From Octopus bimaculoides (Eukaryota): a stretch of 64,000 nucleotides of DNA. The notes under the pieces were generated by a model. It had not been told where the DNA came from and did not search any database. It worked only from the letters and a program-made list of their open reading frames with translations. A program made the position numbers and the translations under genes. Location: NCBI RefSeq assembly GCF_001194135.2, contig NC_068982.1, positions 2,019,817 through 2,083,816 of the forward strand. The letters are read 5' to 3'. How positions within the stretch are numbered: the first letter of the stretch is position 1; every line of letters begins with the position of its first letter. Below are positions 12,321 through 24,615 of the stretch, one piece after another.

Positions 12321-13303
12321 TGTTGTGAATCTACACAGGCAACACAATGGGTAAATATTGGCGTAGGATATTTATTCTAATTGAGGAAGACTAGTTGCAT
12401 ATTAGAAGTCTATACATCGTTCTGGAGCAACAGTTGATCGTACAGTCAGGGAAGTTTATCTATTTATCCGTCATGTTAAGCTTCATAGTTAATTCATGTA
12501 GCTTTGTAGGTTGTGTGTGTGTGTGTGTGTGTGAGCGCAATCGCGTTTGATATTGTAAATTAGTATTTGTGAAATATCACCCATTTGAAATTAAATCTTC
12601 GTACATTGATTGAAAATTCCATTTTTCATGGTGCCGTAAATTCTGAAATTATTTTTTTACTAATTATCACGAACGAAACTCTTGATAAATTATAAATAAG
12701 CTATCGGCTTTTGTCACTATTGACTTTTCTTACTTTTGTCAGCTTTATTTTATTGTATCATTATTGGAAATATTTCTGCTGATCTTAATGTGTGTGTGTT
12801 GTTTCATTTTTTTCTTCCTATTTACTCTATTACTGACGCGTGTATTCATGTGCAAACTATTGAGTCAACATTTGACTTATTGAATTTAGAATTAATATAT
12901 AAATTGGAATTCCTACATGCCACACATATTTGAGTCAAATAACATTGAACTAATATATTTTTCGAAGATTTCGTCCGCAAATTCTTGTTCCCAAGTGATT
13001 TAGACAAATTTATGTGACGTGAGGTATTTAAGAAGAACGAATCTGATGTAATTAACATTTTTAGCCTATATTAGGATATAGGATCGAGTTTGAAACGTCT
13101 TGAATGGAATCTTTTCGACTTCTCCGCGAATAACGAAACGTTTGTATGTCTGATAATTACACTTTACAGAAACGTATTTATATATGCTAAATAATATATG
13201 TATATACTTAGATATTTGGGAGAGACCTTGCTGGTTGTAGAGCAAGGTAGGCGAGTCAAGCTTCGAGGAGATGATAAGCAGTGACTGGGCCATCTCTACT
13301 CAC

Positions 13304-13415
13304 CCACAAAGGGAAGTACATTATGGTTTAAGGATCGAAACACCCGATGATTGTTGGATGAGTGGAAAAGAAGCATCTTCTCCTGGGTGTTATCAATGCG
13401 GGCTTAGCATTTCAG
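13304..13415 (-). other. Candidate exon (112 nt, likely non-coding or 5' UTR)
   Basis: Minus strand: gtattcgttggtttttag acceptor and TGG|gtgagt donor; all three frames close early; no homology recognised. Confidence 0.25.
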
Positions 13416-13754
13416 CTAAAAACCAACGAATACCCAGTCTTGCTTTACACACGCACCCCATTCTTTCAAGTTTCTTTCTTCTCCCACGTTGCCTTTTTAC
13501 ACTCATATTTTGCTCCCGGGTTCAATTGCACCTCGAGTTAATGTAGAAGGAATAGACCATAAGAAGAAGTGTGATAGAAAATTAATTAAGATGAAAGAAG
13601 CAATGCAATCATTGATAAAATTAAATTGTTCTTTATTCGGAATGATTTTTTCTTTATACGGAACTATTTTGTTTGTGTATAATATATATAAATTTAGTCG
13701 CTTGTGTGTGAATGCCAAGGCGGACTTTTATGTGTTTTGAAAAAAATAATACAG

Positions 13755-13941
13755 AGATTTATATACGTTATTTACAATGGGCAGATGGTGTTCTCACCTT
13801 GTTTCTTCTTATCAAAACGCTTTGGCTGATGTATTCTCCAGCCTTCATCAGGTGTCCTGGTCGTATTTTGAACCCAACAATTTATTTCACTAATGAGGTA
13901 CTCTTTTCTCATTCCTAAGGTATGTTGCTGATGTTATTTTT
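13755..13941 (-). mobile_element. SINE family A copy A4 (head missing), left arm of second fold-back dimer
   Basis: Reverse complement ggacacctgatgaaggctggagaatacatcagccaaagcgtt matches the family A HHR region. Confidence 0.8.
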
Positions 13942-14226
13942 GTGGATAAGAGCGCGGGATACTAACCTCCGGTTTCTAAGTTCAATCCCAGACAGGGACG
14001 TGAAAAATAATATGAACAGAAAAAAACTTCAACAGCATATCTTAGGAATAAGAGCAGTGTATTTCATTAGTCAAATAAAGAGTTAAGTTCGAAATTCTAC
14101 CAGGACATCTGATGAAGGCTGGAAAATACATCAGCCAAAACGTTGTGATAATAACAAAGACGATGAGGACACCTATCCGTCCATTGTAAATAATGTACAT
14201 AATTCCGCGTCTCAAAAATATAGAAT
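13942..14226 (+). mobile_element. SINE family A copy A5, right arm of second fold-back dimer
   Basis: gtggataagagcgcgggatactaacc head; ctgatgaaggctgg..cagccaaaacgttgtg; tail ends in atatagaat. Confidence 0.8.
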
Positions 14227-14348
14227 GAGATGTATATATCCCTATACCTGTGAAGTATGTGCGTATGTGACTCGTAAGGTAGAACATGGACTAAGATGGA
14301 TTTGTATTAGTGTTTTTGTGGTGAGATATAATCGTGTGCGAAATCAAT

Positions 14349-14354
<6 letters not shown>

Positions 14355-14440
<86 letters not shown>
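14355..14440. repeat. Long perfect (GT)n microsatellite
   Basis: Seen directly. Confidence 0.98.
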
Positions 14441-14442
<2 letters not shown>

Positions 14443-15476
14443 TATTGACACTTTTTCCTCCCCTGCAGTCCCCTACATATTGTCTTTTGTTAACACCCGA
14501 AAACTTGCTCGTTAAAATACATAACACACACATTTTCTTTTCTTCCAAAAGCTTTTGTGTCACCAAGTCCCTCTCTCTCTCTCTCTCTGTGTTTACATCT
14601 TCGGCTGCACATTAAATATAATATATTATAATATATAAACGATAGTTTTACGCACACGTGCGCACACTCACTCACAAACAAACACACATACACACACAAA
14701 CAAGCATGCACACACACATGCACACAGACATCTATACACATACAGACGCACGCGCGCACACGCAAACACAGAGACTGGAAAATTCTAACAGACTACCTAC
14801 TTCCAATAATTTTTTGAAATATTTACGAAAGCATAAAAGAGTTTTGTTTGATTATTTACTAATCTGTTTCCTTGATAAATAAATATTGTTTCTTTCTTTC
14901 AAATTTAAGTTCACCTATAGCATATTTTCTCCTCCATTTATCATATTCTGCGTCCTATGTAATCTTGTTGGCGTTGTTGCCAATCTGCATCAATGAGCAA
15001 ATCAACGCTCTGTAGTTGCAAGTACAGAAACATACAAGAACACCTACGCATGTGTATATCCATCAAAGCTTTAATATGGCCATGTATGTTTTTCTAATAG
15101 AGAGTTAATGCACGAATGCATATGAATGAATATCGATATATAACTATATATGAACGGTGAAAATATTTAGTAATGCTGAAGCGAAATGATTTTGCGGAAC
15201 GTTGAACAATATCGATTTCTTTTGATTAAGAATGAGACGAAACTTTAAGACAAAACTGAAAGGACATAGATGAATGAGGCGGTTCGATGTTAAACAACAA
15301 GCTGAGATGAATGCTCTGTAGTTCGTTACATTTCAGCAACACTGCGTTGCACCGCTGTTCACCACAACCATTCTCAAAAGTCACAGGTTACATATTTCTG
15401 AAAACTGTGGTAGCTCAGAGGCCTACAGAACTCGACTAATTGCTAAACTGAATTTCTCATTTCGGGGCATAAATGT

Positions 15477-16213
15477 GATATATATATATATATANNNNNN
15501 NNNNNNNNNNNNNNNNNNNNNNNNNNNNNNNNNNNNNNNNNNNNNNNNNNNNNNNNNNNNNNNNNNNNNNNNNNNNNNNNNNNNNNNNNNNNNNNNNNNN
15601 NNNNNNNNNNNNNNNNNNNNNNNNNNNNNNNNNNNNNNNNNNNNNNNNNNNNNNNNNNNNNNNNNNNNNNNNNNNNNNNNNNNNNNNNNNNNNNNNNNNN
15701 NNNNNNNNNNNNNNNNNNNNNNNNNNNNNNNNNNNNNNNNNNNNNNNNNNNNNNNNNNNNNNNNNNNNNNNNNNNNNNNNNNNNNNNNNNNNNNNNNNNN
15801 NNNNNNNNNNNNNNNNNNNNNNNNNNNNNNNNNNNNNNNNNNNNNNNNNNNNNNNNNNNNNNNNNNNNNNNNNNNNNNNNNNNNNNNNNNNNNNNNNNNN
15901 NNNNNNNNNNNNNNNNNNNNNNNNNNNNNNNNNNNNNNNNNNNNNNNNNNNNNNNNNNNNNNNNNNNNNNNNNNNNNNNNNNNNNNNNNNNNNNNNNNNN
16001 NNNNNNNNNNNNNNNNNNNNNNNNNNNNNNNNNNNNNNNNNNNNNNNNNNNNNNNNNNNNNNNNNNNNNNNNNNNNNNNNNNNNNNNNNNNNNNNNNNNN
16101 NNNNNNNNNNNNNNNNNNNNNNNNNNNNNNNNNNNNNNNNNNNNNNNNNNNNNNNNNNNNNNNNNNNNNNNNNNNNNNNNNNNNNNNNNNNNNNNNNNNN
16201 NNNNNNNNNNNNN

Positions 16214-16290
<77 letters not shown>
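15477..16290. other. Assembly gap (N 15495-16213) between (TA)n and (CA)n(TA)n
   Basis: Seen directly. Confidence 0.98.
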
Positions 16291-16294
<4 letters not shown>

Positions 16295-16624
16295 ATGGGG
16301 TTTAGTTCACTGCCGTAGCGGGTTATTAGGGCTCCTAGGATTTTACCTAAGGAATGCAGACTAGCACTCATACGCTCGGAAAAATGAACTATGAACTTTA
16401 TTTCCTTACTCTCTACTCTTCTGTTTCATTGGTTATTATCTGTGAATTTTTCATGTCTAGATCCTTCATATTTTCTCTATTTGTTTCTGACAGCTGAATA
16501 CCGCGTATTCAGGCATACTCACCTATCACTTGTGATATTCCAGAAATAGATGCAACACCAACTAATTTAAGAATAATAATGTATATGACTTGAGATGCTT
16601 GTTATGCCTTGTCGTTTATTGTCC

Positions 16625-16686
<62 letters not shown>

Positions 16687-16754
16687 NNNNNNNNNNTCAT
16701 TCAGGAACAGATATAACATCAGAAAAAATACATTCCGTTTAAAAACACAAACCG

Positions 16755-17143
16755 TTCAGGATCATTATTATTATTATTATTATTATTATTAGCTTTTCCC
16801 TTACTTTATACTTATATCGGTCACTCACATGCTATATTTATCCTGAATTCATTGAAAAATACTATGTTTATCCCTGTTATTTTTACTATAATATATTTAT
16901 GTTCAACTACTCACATGGAAACATACAGCCACACACACACATATATATATATATGCAGGTATGTATTATCATATCATGTTATATATATGTGTGTGTGGCT
17001 GTATGTTTCCATGTGAGTAGTTGAACATAAATATATTATAGAAATTATAGTAAAAATAACAGGGATAAACATAGTATTTTTCAATGAATTCAGGATAAAT
17101 ATAGCATGTGAGTGACCGATTAAGTATAAAGTAAGGGAAAAGC

Positions 17144-17197
<54 letters not shown>

Positions 17198-17204
17198 TCC
17201 TGAA
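16755..17204. repeat. Near-perfect long inverted repeat (arms about 195 and 224 bp, spacer about 30 bp)
   Basis: 16755-16950 is the reverse complement of 16981-17204 apart from one small duplication, a 1-nt indel and microsatellite length. Confidence 0.95.
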
Positions 17205-17570
17205 AACAAACTATGCTGGATCATAGTTCTAGCATGCCTAGCTGACAACAAGGTATGCGATAAGGAAGAAAGAAAAGTCGAGAGATATGACAGATTAGCT
17301 TGGGAAGTTAAGCAGTTGTGGTCGGGGAAAAAGGTAGCAGTAATAGCATTAATTGTCGGAGCCCTGGGAACAATGAGCAAGAATCTCGAGAAGTACGTGG
17401 AACAAATAGGGGCTGCAATAAGGGAGGAGCACTTGTTGAAAACAGCACTGCTTGGGACCGCTCGAATACTCCGGAAGGTGCTCGAAAAATAAGAAGTGTC
17501 ACCTTAGTTCACTGGTAGTGAACAGCTGACATCGTAGTACGTCTCCAGCCTTAGAAGCTGTGCAAAGGCA
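17196..17570 (+). mobile_element. R4/Dong-clade non-LTR retrotransposon, 3' end (RLE C-terminus + 3' UTR)
   Basis: DPENKLCWIIVLACLADNKVCDKEERKVERYDRLAWEVKQLW..ALIVGALGTMSKNLEKY..LLKTALLGTARILRKVLEK* (stop 17490-17492); UTR hairpin gttcact-ggt-agtgaac; bounded by (AAT)n. Confidence 0.9.
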
Positions 17571-17639
17571 ATGACAATAATAACAGCAATAATAATAATA
17601 ATGATAATAATAATACTGTAGTGGCAACATGATCGGGTA

Positions 17640-18115
17640 GCGAAAGTGTTTACATTGGAAAGTGTGCGGAAAGTTGGGGCGCGAGATAGGCAAGACGTGG
17701 TATGAGCAAAATAGCGCAGGGAGTGGCAGAGTCGGAGACTAGCAAAATCCTCTGGGATTTCCCAATCCAAACAGATCAGAGCATAACAGACCGGACTTAG
17801 TGGTGGGAGACAAGGTTCATCCCAAATGCTATATAGCTGATTTTACATGCCGCTTTGAATCACAAATAGTCAAGTAGAAAGGCGGATAGATAGATAGATA
17901 GATATAACCCTCTTAAGTGCGAGATAGCCCGGCTCTGAAAAATGAAGAAGGTAAAGATAGTGCCAATTGATGATGGATCCTTGGGAAGAGTATCAGAAGG
18001 CATCAAGTGGAATATAAAGGAAATTGGAATAGAGTGCCCAGTAGAACTGTTACAAAAGAGTTTGCCTCCTTGGTACGGCCAGAATAATCAGGAAAGTATT
18101 AGATAGAGAAAAATA
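17640..18115 (+). mobile_element. R4/Dong-clade RLE endonuclease region remnant (second copy)
   Basis: LHWKVCGK..WYEQ..KILWDFPIQTD..RPDLVVGDK..CYIADFTC..KVKIVPIDDGSLG..ELLQKS. Confidence 0.85.
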
Positions 18116-18180
18116 ACAGATAGCTTGGTACTGTTGGCTGCAGGTAGCAATCCCGGTGCGATTAAAAGAAATAATAATAA

Positions 18181-18380
18181 TCCTTTCTACTAAAGGCACA
18201 AGGCCTCAAATTCAGCAGGAGGGGTCTAGTCGATTATATCGACCGCAGTGTTTCACTGGTACTTATTTTCTCAACCCCGAAAGGACGAAAAGCAAAGTCG
18301 ACCTGGGCGGAATTTGAACTCAGAACGTAAGTACGGACGAAACACCGCAAATCATTTAGCCCGACGTGTTGACGATTCTG
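18181..18380 (-). mobile_element. SINE family E
   Basis: ttctac..ggcacaaggcc..ccccgaaagga..aaagtcgacct.ggcggaatttgaactcagaacgtaa, shared with 63685-63900. Confidence 0.85.
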
Positions 18381-18439
18381 ACAACAATAGTAGTATTAGT
18401 AGTAGTATGAGAGAGAGAGAGAGAGGTCACAATTGAAAA

Positions 18440-19310
18440 AGAAGTGTTGTAGAATAAATTCTCAGGGGACCAATGACCATGTTCTTTTAGGCAATGCGAT
18501 CGTGAATAATCGCTAAATACGTGTCAAGAATTTATGCATGACTTGGATAGACTTTAAGAAAGGCAAGCCTTAGATAAAGTCCCTCATTCGTGGTTACTGA
18601 AGTGCTTCAGCATGTTTGGACTCACAGATTTTATTATTAAAGTAATCAAGTTTTGTATGCCTCTGTGGAAGACAAACCTGTATACAGGAAATAACCACCT
18701 AGTCATGATCAATAGAAGAAGAGGAATATCCGAAGGAATTGCATTTGCACCAGTGAACTTTGTGATTGCCATTGTCCCGTCACAGAGTGAAAACAGAGGA
18801 ACTAATACCAATCGTCTACCTCTCATGGATGATCTGAAGTTCTTTGGCAAGAATAAATCACAGGTTGATTTACTGGTCAGAATTGCTCACTGGTACTGTG
18901 AAGACATTGGGATGGAGTTTGGTATTGCACAGTGTGGCAGGTGCGTTTGATGTACTGGGATTGGATAACCTGATGAAAGGTCAATTGGTGACCTTTAGGA
19001 TAATGGTTACAAATATTTGGGCATTTTGCAGTGAGACGCAGTTCTAAATGAGAAAATGAATGGAAATGTGGAGGAAGTCCATCTAAGCAGGTTAGAGCTG
19101 CAATTGAAAACGAAACTGAATGGGAAGAACTTGATTAACGCTGTCAAAGTCTTGGCCGTGACGGTTATTTTGAATTGGGCTGAAGGAAAGATAGAGAAAT
19201 GGGATGCGTTATGGCAAAAGAAAATGGTTGACAGGTGTGCATCGAAAGGCAAATGATATGAGGTTAGATACACCGCGGAACATAGAAAGACGAGGACTAG
19301 TGGAATGCAG
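18440..19310 (+). mobile_element. R4/Dong-clade reverse transcriptase remnant
   Basis: WIDFKK..DKVPHSWL..RRGI..MDDLKFFGKNKSQV..DIGMEFGIAQC..GYKYLGIL..LKTKLNGKNLINAVKVLAV. Confidence 0.9.
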
Positions 19311-19323
19311 GTCTTTAGATTTG

Positions 19324-19625
19324 TACGAGGTCTGATAAAAAAAAAAGTATTTTGACTATTGCTAAAGTATGCAGAGTGCAGCCGCTTCCCACAGGTAGAA
19401 ATTGAGCAACGTTGTGTCTGCTCACAATGTTATAACGTTCTTGCTCACTTTCATTGTTTATAGCAGGGCTTGGAACGAATGTGTGTAGAGTATTTTCGTT
19501 TCAAAATGAAGATCGGGTTTCAGCTGTGCAGGATTTTCTTGATTGTGTTGAGGTAAAGAAAAAACCTCTTGAAAACGGACATAACAGCTGATGAATCGAA
19601 AGCAAGACTTGAAAGGAATCCCATT
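19324..19625 (+). mobile_element. Mariner-like 5' remnant, internally deleted
   Basis: TA+CGAGGTCTGATAAAAA terminus typical of mariner TIRs; decayed FL..ITADE..SK transposase segment. Confidence 0.55.
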
Positions 19626-19649
19626 TAAAAGGAATAAGATATTAAGACC

Positions 19650-19790
19650 CTGAAGTCTTTGGTCTTTGGTCTGTCTGCCAAATTTTTGTCGGCCTGATTC
19701 AGTAGAAGACACTTGCCCAGGGTATTATGAAGTGGTACGGTAACCGAAGCTATGTGGCTAAGAAGCAAAACACTCAACGATGTAACTATG
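19650..19790 (-). mobile_element. SINE family D fragment (degenerate)
   Basis: gtagaagacacttgccca..gaagctatgtggct matches the family D head. Confidence 0.6.
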
Positions 19791-22700
19791 GCGACGTCTA
19801 GCAGTAAGATCGCTTAACTATTGGTCTAGGTTAATCACATAACCTTGTTTGACTTCCTTGATTAATTATATATTATTGTATTGGAAGTGTCTAAAATATA
19901 CATGACTTCAAAAATGATAATACTTATTTGTGTGTATGGGTGTATGTGTGTGTCTGTGATAATATAAGATGTATGAGCAACCAGAAATAGAGACATGGAA
20001 AAGATTCAAGTTGAATGTGTATGCGTGTGTGTGTGTATGTGAGTAACGGGTGCGTTTATATATAGGAATATGGATATATCTGTTTATCGATGCTTGATTG
20101 ATATATATCCATAACGGAGTCGTTTCAAAAAATAAAGCCGTCGAGTTTTTAAATATAGTTTTAATGTATTTAGCTTTACATTTATCTAATTGAATTTCCT
20201 TGTAGTTACTTATCTTTGAGATCTTTCACGTCAAAGTATAAAAAATATCTTCTTAATATCAGGAAAATACGTTTGTAATAAGAAATAGAAGAATGGTTGA
20301 GTAAATAACTAATTATTTGAACGTCAGATGCTTTATATTGGGTCTTTGAAAACATGATAGCAGAGTTAGTTGCTCGGCAACTAACAGTGAAATAATGACT
20401 TATTACGTTAGTACAAACCACAATTTTCTAGTGAAGATGTATAATTGGCTGAATTGACTGCAGTCCAGGTCTGATTTTTCTGTTATCGTCTCGGGGGAAT
20501 GAAAGATATAATCAAACCATAAAGTATTATTGGAGTTCAGTGTAGCGACGTAAGACTGGTTGTTTCACTCTATTCCCCTGCGTTGTTCACTCTAATTAAA
20601 AAAAATACAGTCAGGAATATAAATGTAGGACATATATTATATCCATCCATACCAAAGTTCTGATGTTTCAACCCATATAACATTTCATCGTTTCACACAT
20701 AATGAGCTTTAACACCAAATACTGCTCCTTTGGTGCCTTTAGCATTAAACATTCTGATGAAAATATTCGGATAAGAATATGTTCGGGCTTAGGGTAAGGA
20801 AAAAATGTTCAATTCTGAAGTTGGCGTGACTTGTCAGCCTCTTACTGACTGTTACGTGATATTGGTGAAAAGAATATTTGAACAATAGAATGATGCTTTT
20901 GTTATGGTATAGCCCCAATTTGCATTTGTGAATATCGCATCTTTTCGAAGATGTGCACGACTACATTCCTCTACTTCAAGTAGTAGGGTAAGAATTAAAA
21001 GATTTGATCTTCTATTTCCATCAGGTCGGGCGACTAGATAATGTTTCTAGATGTGTAAATCCTTAGGTAAGACTTCAGAAGACTGTCCACACTCATCGGG
21101 CGCATAGTTCTAAATCCTGATCTCTGATAACTCGTAGTTGACTCTCCTTTATCACAGCGAACGGATTTTCGTGGGATTTTCGTGGGATGGCAGAGAAGAG
21201 ACTAGAAGCGAAGATCAATATAAACTATGGTTAGAATCAGTCAAAACCAAAGTAATTTAGAATTTACGAATCCCTATTTGGAGAAATAAATGAAAAAATG
21301 TCAGGGAGAAGCCTGCTCACTCCGAATTGTAAACCAATAGTACATAATTCCTTTTGCTATCGTCCCCAAGCTCTGTGCTAGTGCCTCAAAGCTGACATGG
21401 TTTCGAGGGAGTCATTTAAAGTTATTAACTTCCCAATCAAATTATTTTTCTACAGTGGAAGAGATGGTCATAGAAATACAGGCATTGTAATACACTTCTA
21501 TGGCTCCCACAAACGGAAACCAACTCCAAAATACACCGACAAAACAAATTCAGAATCTACTGACTGAGTCATTTTCAACGATCGACAACCTATATTAGGC
21601 TCACTGGTACGTTGATAAAAAAAAAAGCAATTAAACATTTGCCCATACATTATTGGCTTTGCACCTCGTTAGTTTTGCTCAGTGCAGAACGGATGCAAAA
21701 GTCTGCCTACTGTAAAACATACCAACTTCAAAATTTGCGATCATTTAAATCAGTTGATTAGCTTTATAATCACTCTAGCAGGAAATTCTGTTTCATTTAC
21801 GTGCATGAATCAACATATTGTACCCATTCTCTCCCTTTATATACAACCATTTATACTCCCTTCCCACCTACGTTTTTTTCTTCTGGCTTTGGCCTATAGA
21901 TATTCAACCTAAACATCTTGCGCATCAATATTAACAACCTGGGAAAGTTTAAACTCTATTATCTTTAAAACTCTTTTCTAACTCACGGTTTTTCTAATAT
22001 ATTATTTTAATCCCTGCATTCACCAAACATCTGCAGCTTCTGCAACGTTTCTGCATCTGTATCTTGCCCTCTATTTAGGATCCAATCGTTGTCATTTCTC
22101 GGGTTAGAGGCTTAAATTCTCACATGAGGTATCATTTCATAGACTTACAAACTCTGAAATACATAGTAGCATAAATCCTCCAGGCTCAGATGCTACCTTA
22201 ATGTTTAAAAATTCTGTATTCGACTGCTATTGTTGTGGAAACAGCCGTAATATACTTGGCATCAATATTAACCTAGAGTCTCTATTTAATATTGATACAT
22301 CTAACCTATGTTACATGTGTATGATCTAAATTTGTCTCTCAAGATATTGGTCTTTGACTTACCGTGTCTCAATTATTGTTAAGGAAAAATTCTAGTGAGA
22401 GCTTATATGGTAGATTTACGTATTGCATATTGGGGGATTTAATTTTTTTAGCTTAATAATACCATACTGGGCACCCACTTCATATTGAGCATCAAGTCGT
22501 ATTGGTGTCGGGGGGGGGGATGTTCTGAAATTTGATCATTCATAAGTATAATTACTTCTGAATGGATGTATAACTTTACTAGGCTTTTCTCTGAAAAAGA
22601 AAATCCCAAACTATTATTGGTTGACTGTTAAGCAGAAGCGGTATAAGTTTGTAGTATATATGAACTCTTGGCCAAGTAGTGAAGTCTGAACGAACCACAT

Positions 22701-23859
22701 GCTAGTTAAAGAATGTAGACTCAGTTATATTTACTCTTATGTGCAATTTAAAATGTTTTCGCTCTCGAATTTAGAACAAGTGACGGGAGTAAAGTTTTAT
22801 TAATGTAGATGCATGTCTTGGTTTTCCTAACATTCTAATAGAGAAAATAGTTCAGTCTTATAGCACTACTTTAAGAATAAGCATAGAAATATGCTATGAA
22901 AGGTTTTTAACGAAACGCAAATATCTTTGTTTGCCTTTGCATTGTATGGTAAGATTTTCGTGTATTCTTTTGTAATGAATTGGCCTATCGTTGATATATT
23001 TTTAAATGTCAACTTAGCCTTTGAAAGAAAAATGTTTGTTTTGGGATCAATAAAATTACGGTTAATCACGACTATGCGCCAGATTGTCGTCTCAACAGTA
23101 AACTGGTTTGATTGAGAGTTTTTCAATTTAAGCAATCGAAAGCTCACATAACCAGAGTGAAAGTATATAGGTTCTTCTCTCTATTGTAAATAATGTATAA
23201 CTTACTGAATATTTTCTGCAACGTTGAAAATCATTCAATTCCTGTTTCTTTTCTAAAGAAATATTGCATTTGAATTAATCTTACATCTTTTTCAAGATGA
23301 ACGCGCAATTTGTTTTTGTTTTCACGTTCCCTAATCATTTTGTTACGTAAGTTTTATACCCCACAGACCAAACTGATTCTCGTTTCATGATCTTGCTTTA
23401 CAACTCAGAGAAATAAACATTCGATTGAAAAGCCTTTTCTATAAATCAGAGGCATAAAATGAAACGTATTCCAGCGATATAGAAAACGTGCCTTCAAACC
23501 TTTTATTTCAGTCATGCATTCTATGTGATTATCAACAATAATTTATTTCTTCGATTATCTTGATTTAAGCTTTATTATTTATTTTGCATAGCCAACATTG
23601 CACAGGCAATATTAACCCATCATAGCCACTAATGATACACAGTAAAATGAGCGAGAACATATTTTGAGAATACGTTCACTTCCCGGATTTTCTCATGATT
23701 CTTCGTCATGAAGCGTCTTGTGGCAATTGAGTGAGAGTTAGGGTCATGCTGATTGAAATTTGGAAAGACATCTTATTCCTCCAAACAATTTTATGAAAAA
23801 ACGCTGGCACTTAATCTAAAACTTCTATTATAATATCACGGTTATGATAACACTTTTAC

Positions 23860-24071
23860 TCTTTTAAATATTTCAGTCATTTGACTGCGGCCATGCTGGA
23901 GCACCGCCTTTAGTCGAACAAATCGACCTCAGAACTTATTCTTTGTAAGCCTAATACTTATTCTATGAGTCTCTTTTGCCGAACCGCTTAGTTACAGGGA
24001 TGAAAAGACACCAACATCAATTTTCAAACGAAGGTAGGGAGGACAAACACACAAGTACACACACACACATA

Positions 24072-24110
<39 letters not shown>

Positions 24111-24275
24111 GTATGACGGGCTTCTTACAGTTTCCGTCTACCAAATCAAATCACAAGGTTTTGGTTGACCCGAGGCTATAGAAAAATACACTTGCCCAAG
24201 TTTCCACGCAGTGGCACTGAACCTGTGACTATGTAGTTGGGAAGCCAGCTTCTTGCCAAACAGCCACTCCTGCGC
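23860..24275 (-). mobile_element. SINE family D, near full length
   Basis: Collinear with 9805-10220. Confidence 0.85.
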
Positions 24276-24304
24276 TGATTTAATAATATCATTGATATAG
24301 TGAA

Positions 24305-24615
24305 AGCGTGTGGTCAAGTTGTCAGATTATTCGACTCACGATCAAAAAGGTTCTAAGTTCAATACCTGGCGGTGCGTTGTGTCCTTGAGCAAGATACTGG
24401 ATTCCCAACCTATCCAGTTCATTCAATTAGCAAAAATGAGTAGTGCTTGTAATTTAAGGGGACAACCTTGTCACATTCTGTGTCATGCTGAATCCCTCTG
24501 AGAATTATCTTAAGGTATTCTTGTCTGAGGACTGTTCAGCTACTTGCATGTTAATTTCACGAACTGGATCATCTGGAGTCATGGTCTTCTTAATCGATGG
24601 AGTGACAGTCTTTTT
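24305..24615 (+). mobile_element. SINE family C, near full length (tRNA-like head)
   Basis: gcgtgtggtcaagttgtc..gttcaatacctggcggtgcgttgtgtccttgagcaaga..; collinear with 35255-35585. Confidence 0.8.

Noticed and set aside
18960-19000. CTGATGA followed by the perfect hairpin aaaggtca/tgaccttt
   Set aside because: No GAAA or NUH; it lies within the Dong RT coding remnant.
19585-19605. CTGATGA-atc-GAAA
   Set aside because: No stem II; it corresponds to the TADE codons of the mariner remnant.
21025-21072. 42-nt exon-like segment ending TAG|gtaaga
   Set aside because: All three frames contain stops, and the polypyrimidine tract before the second AG|GT is poor.
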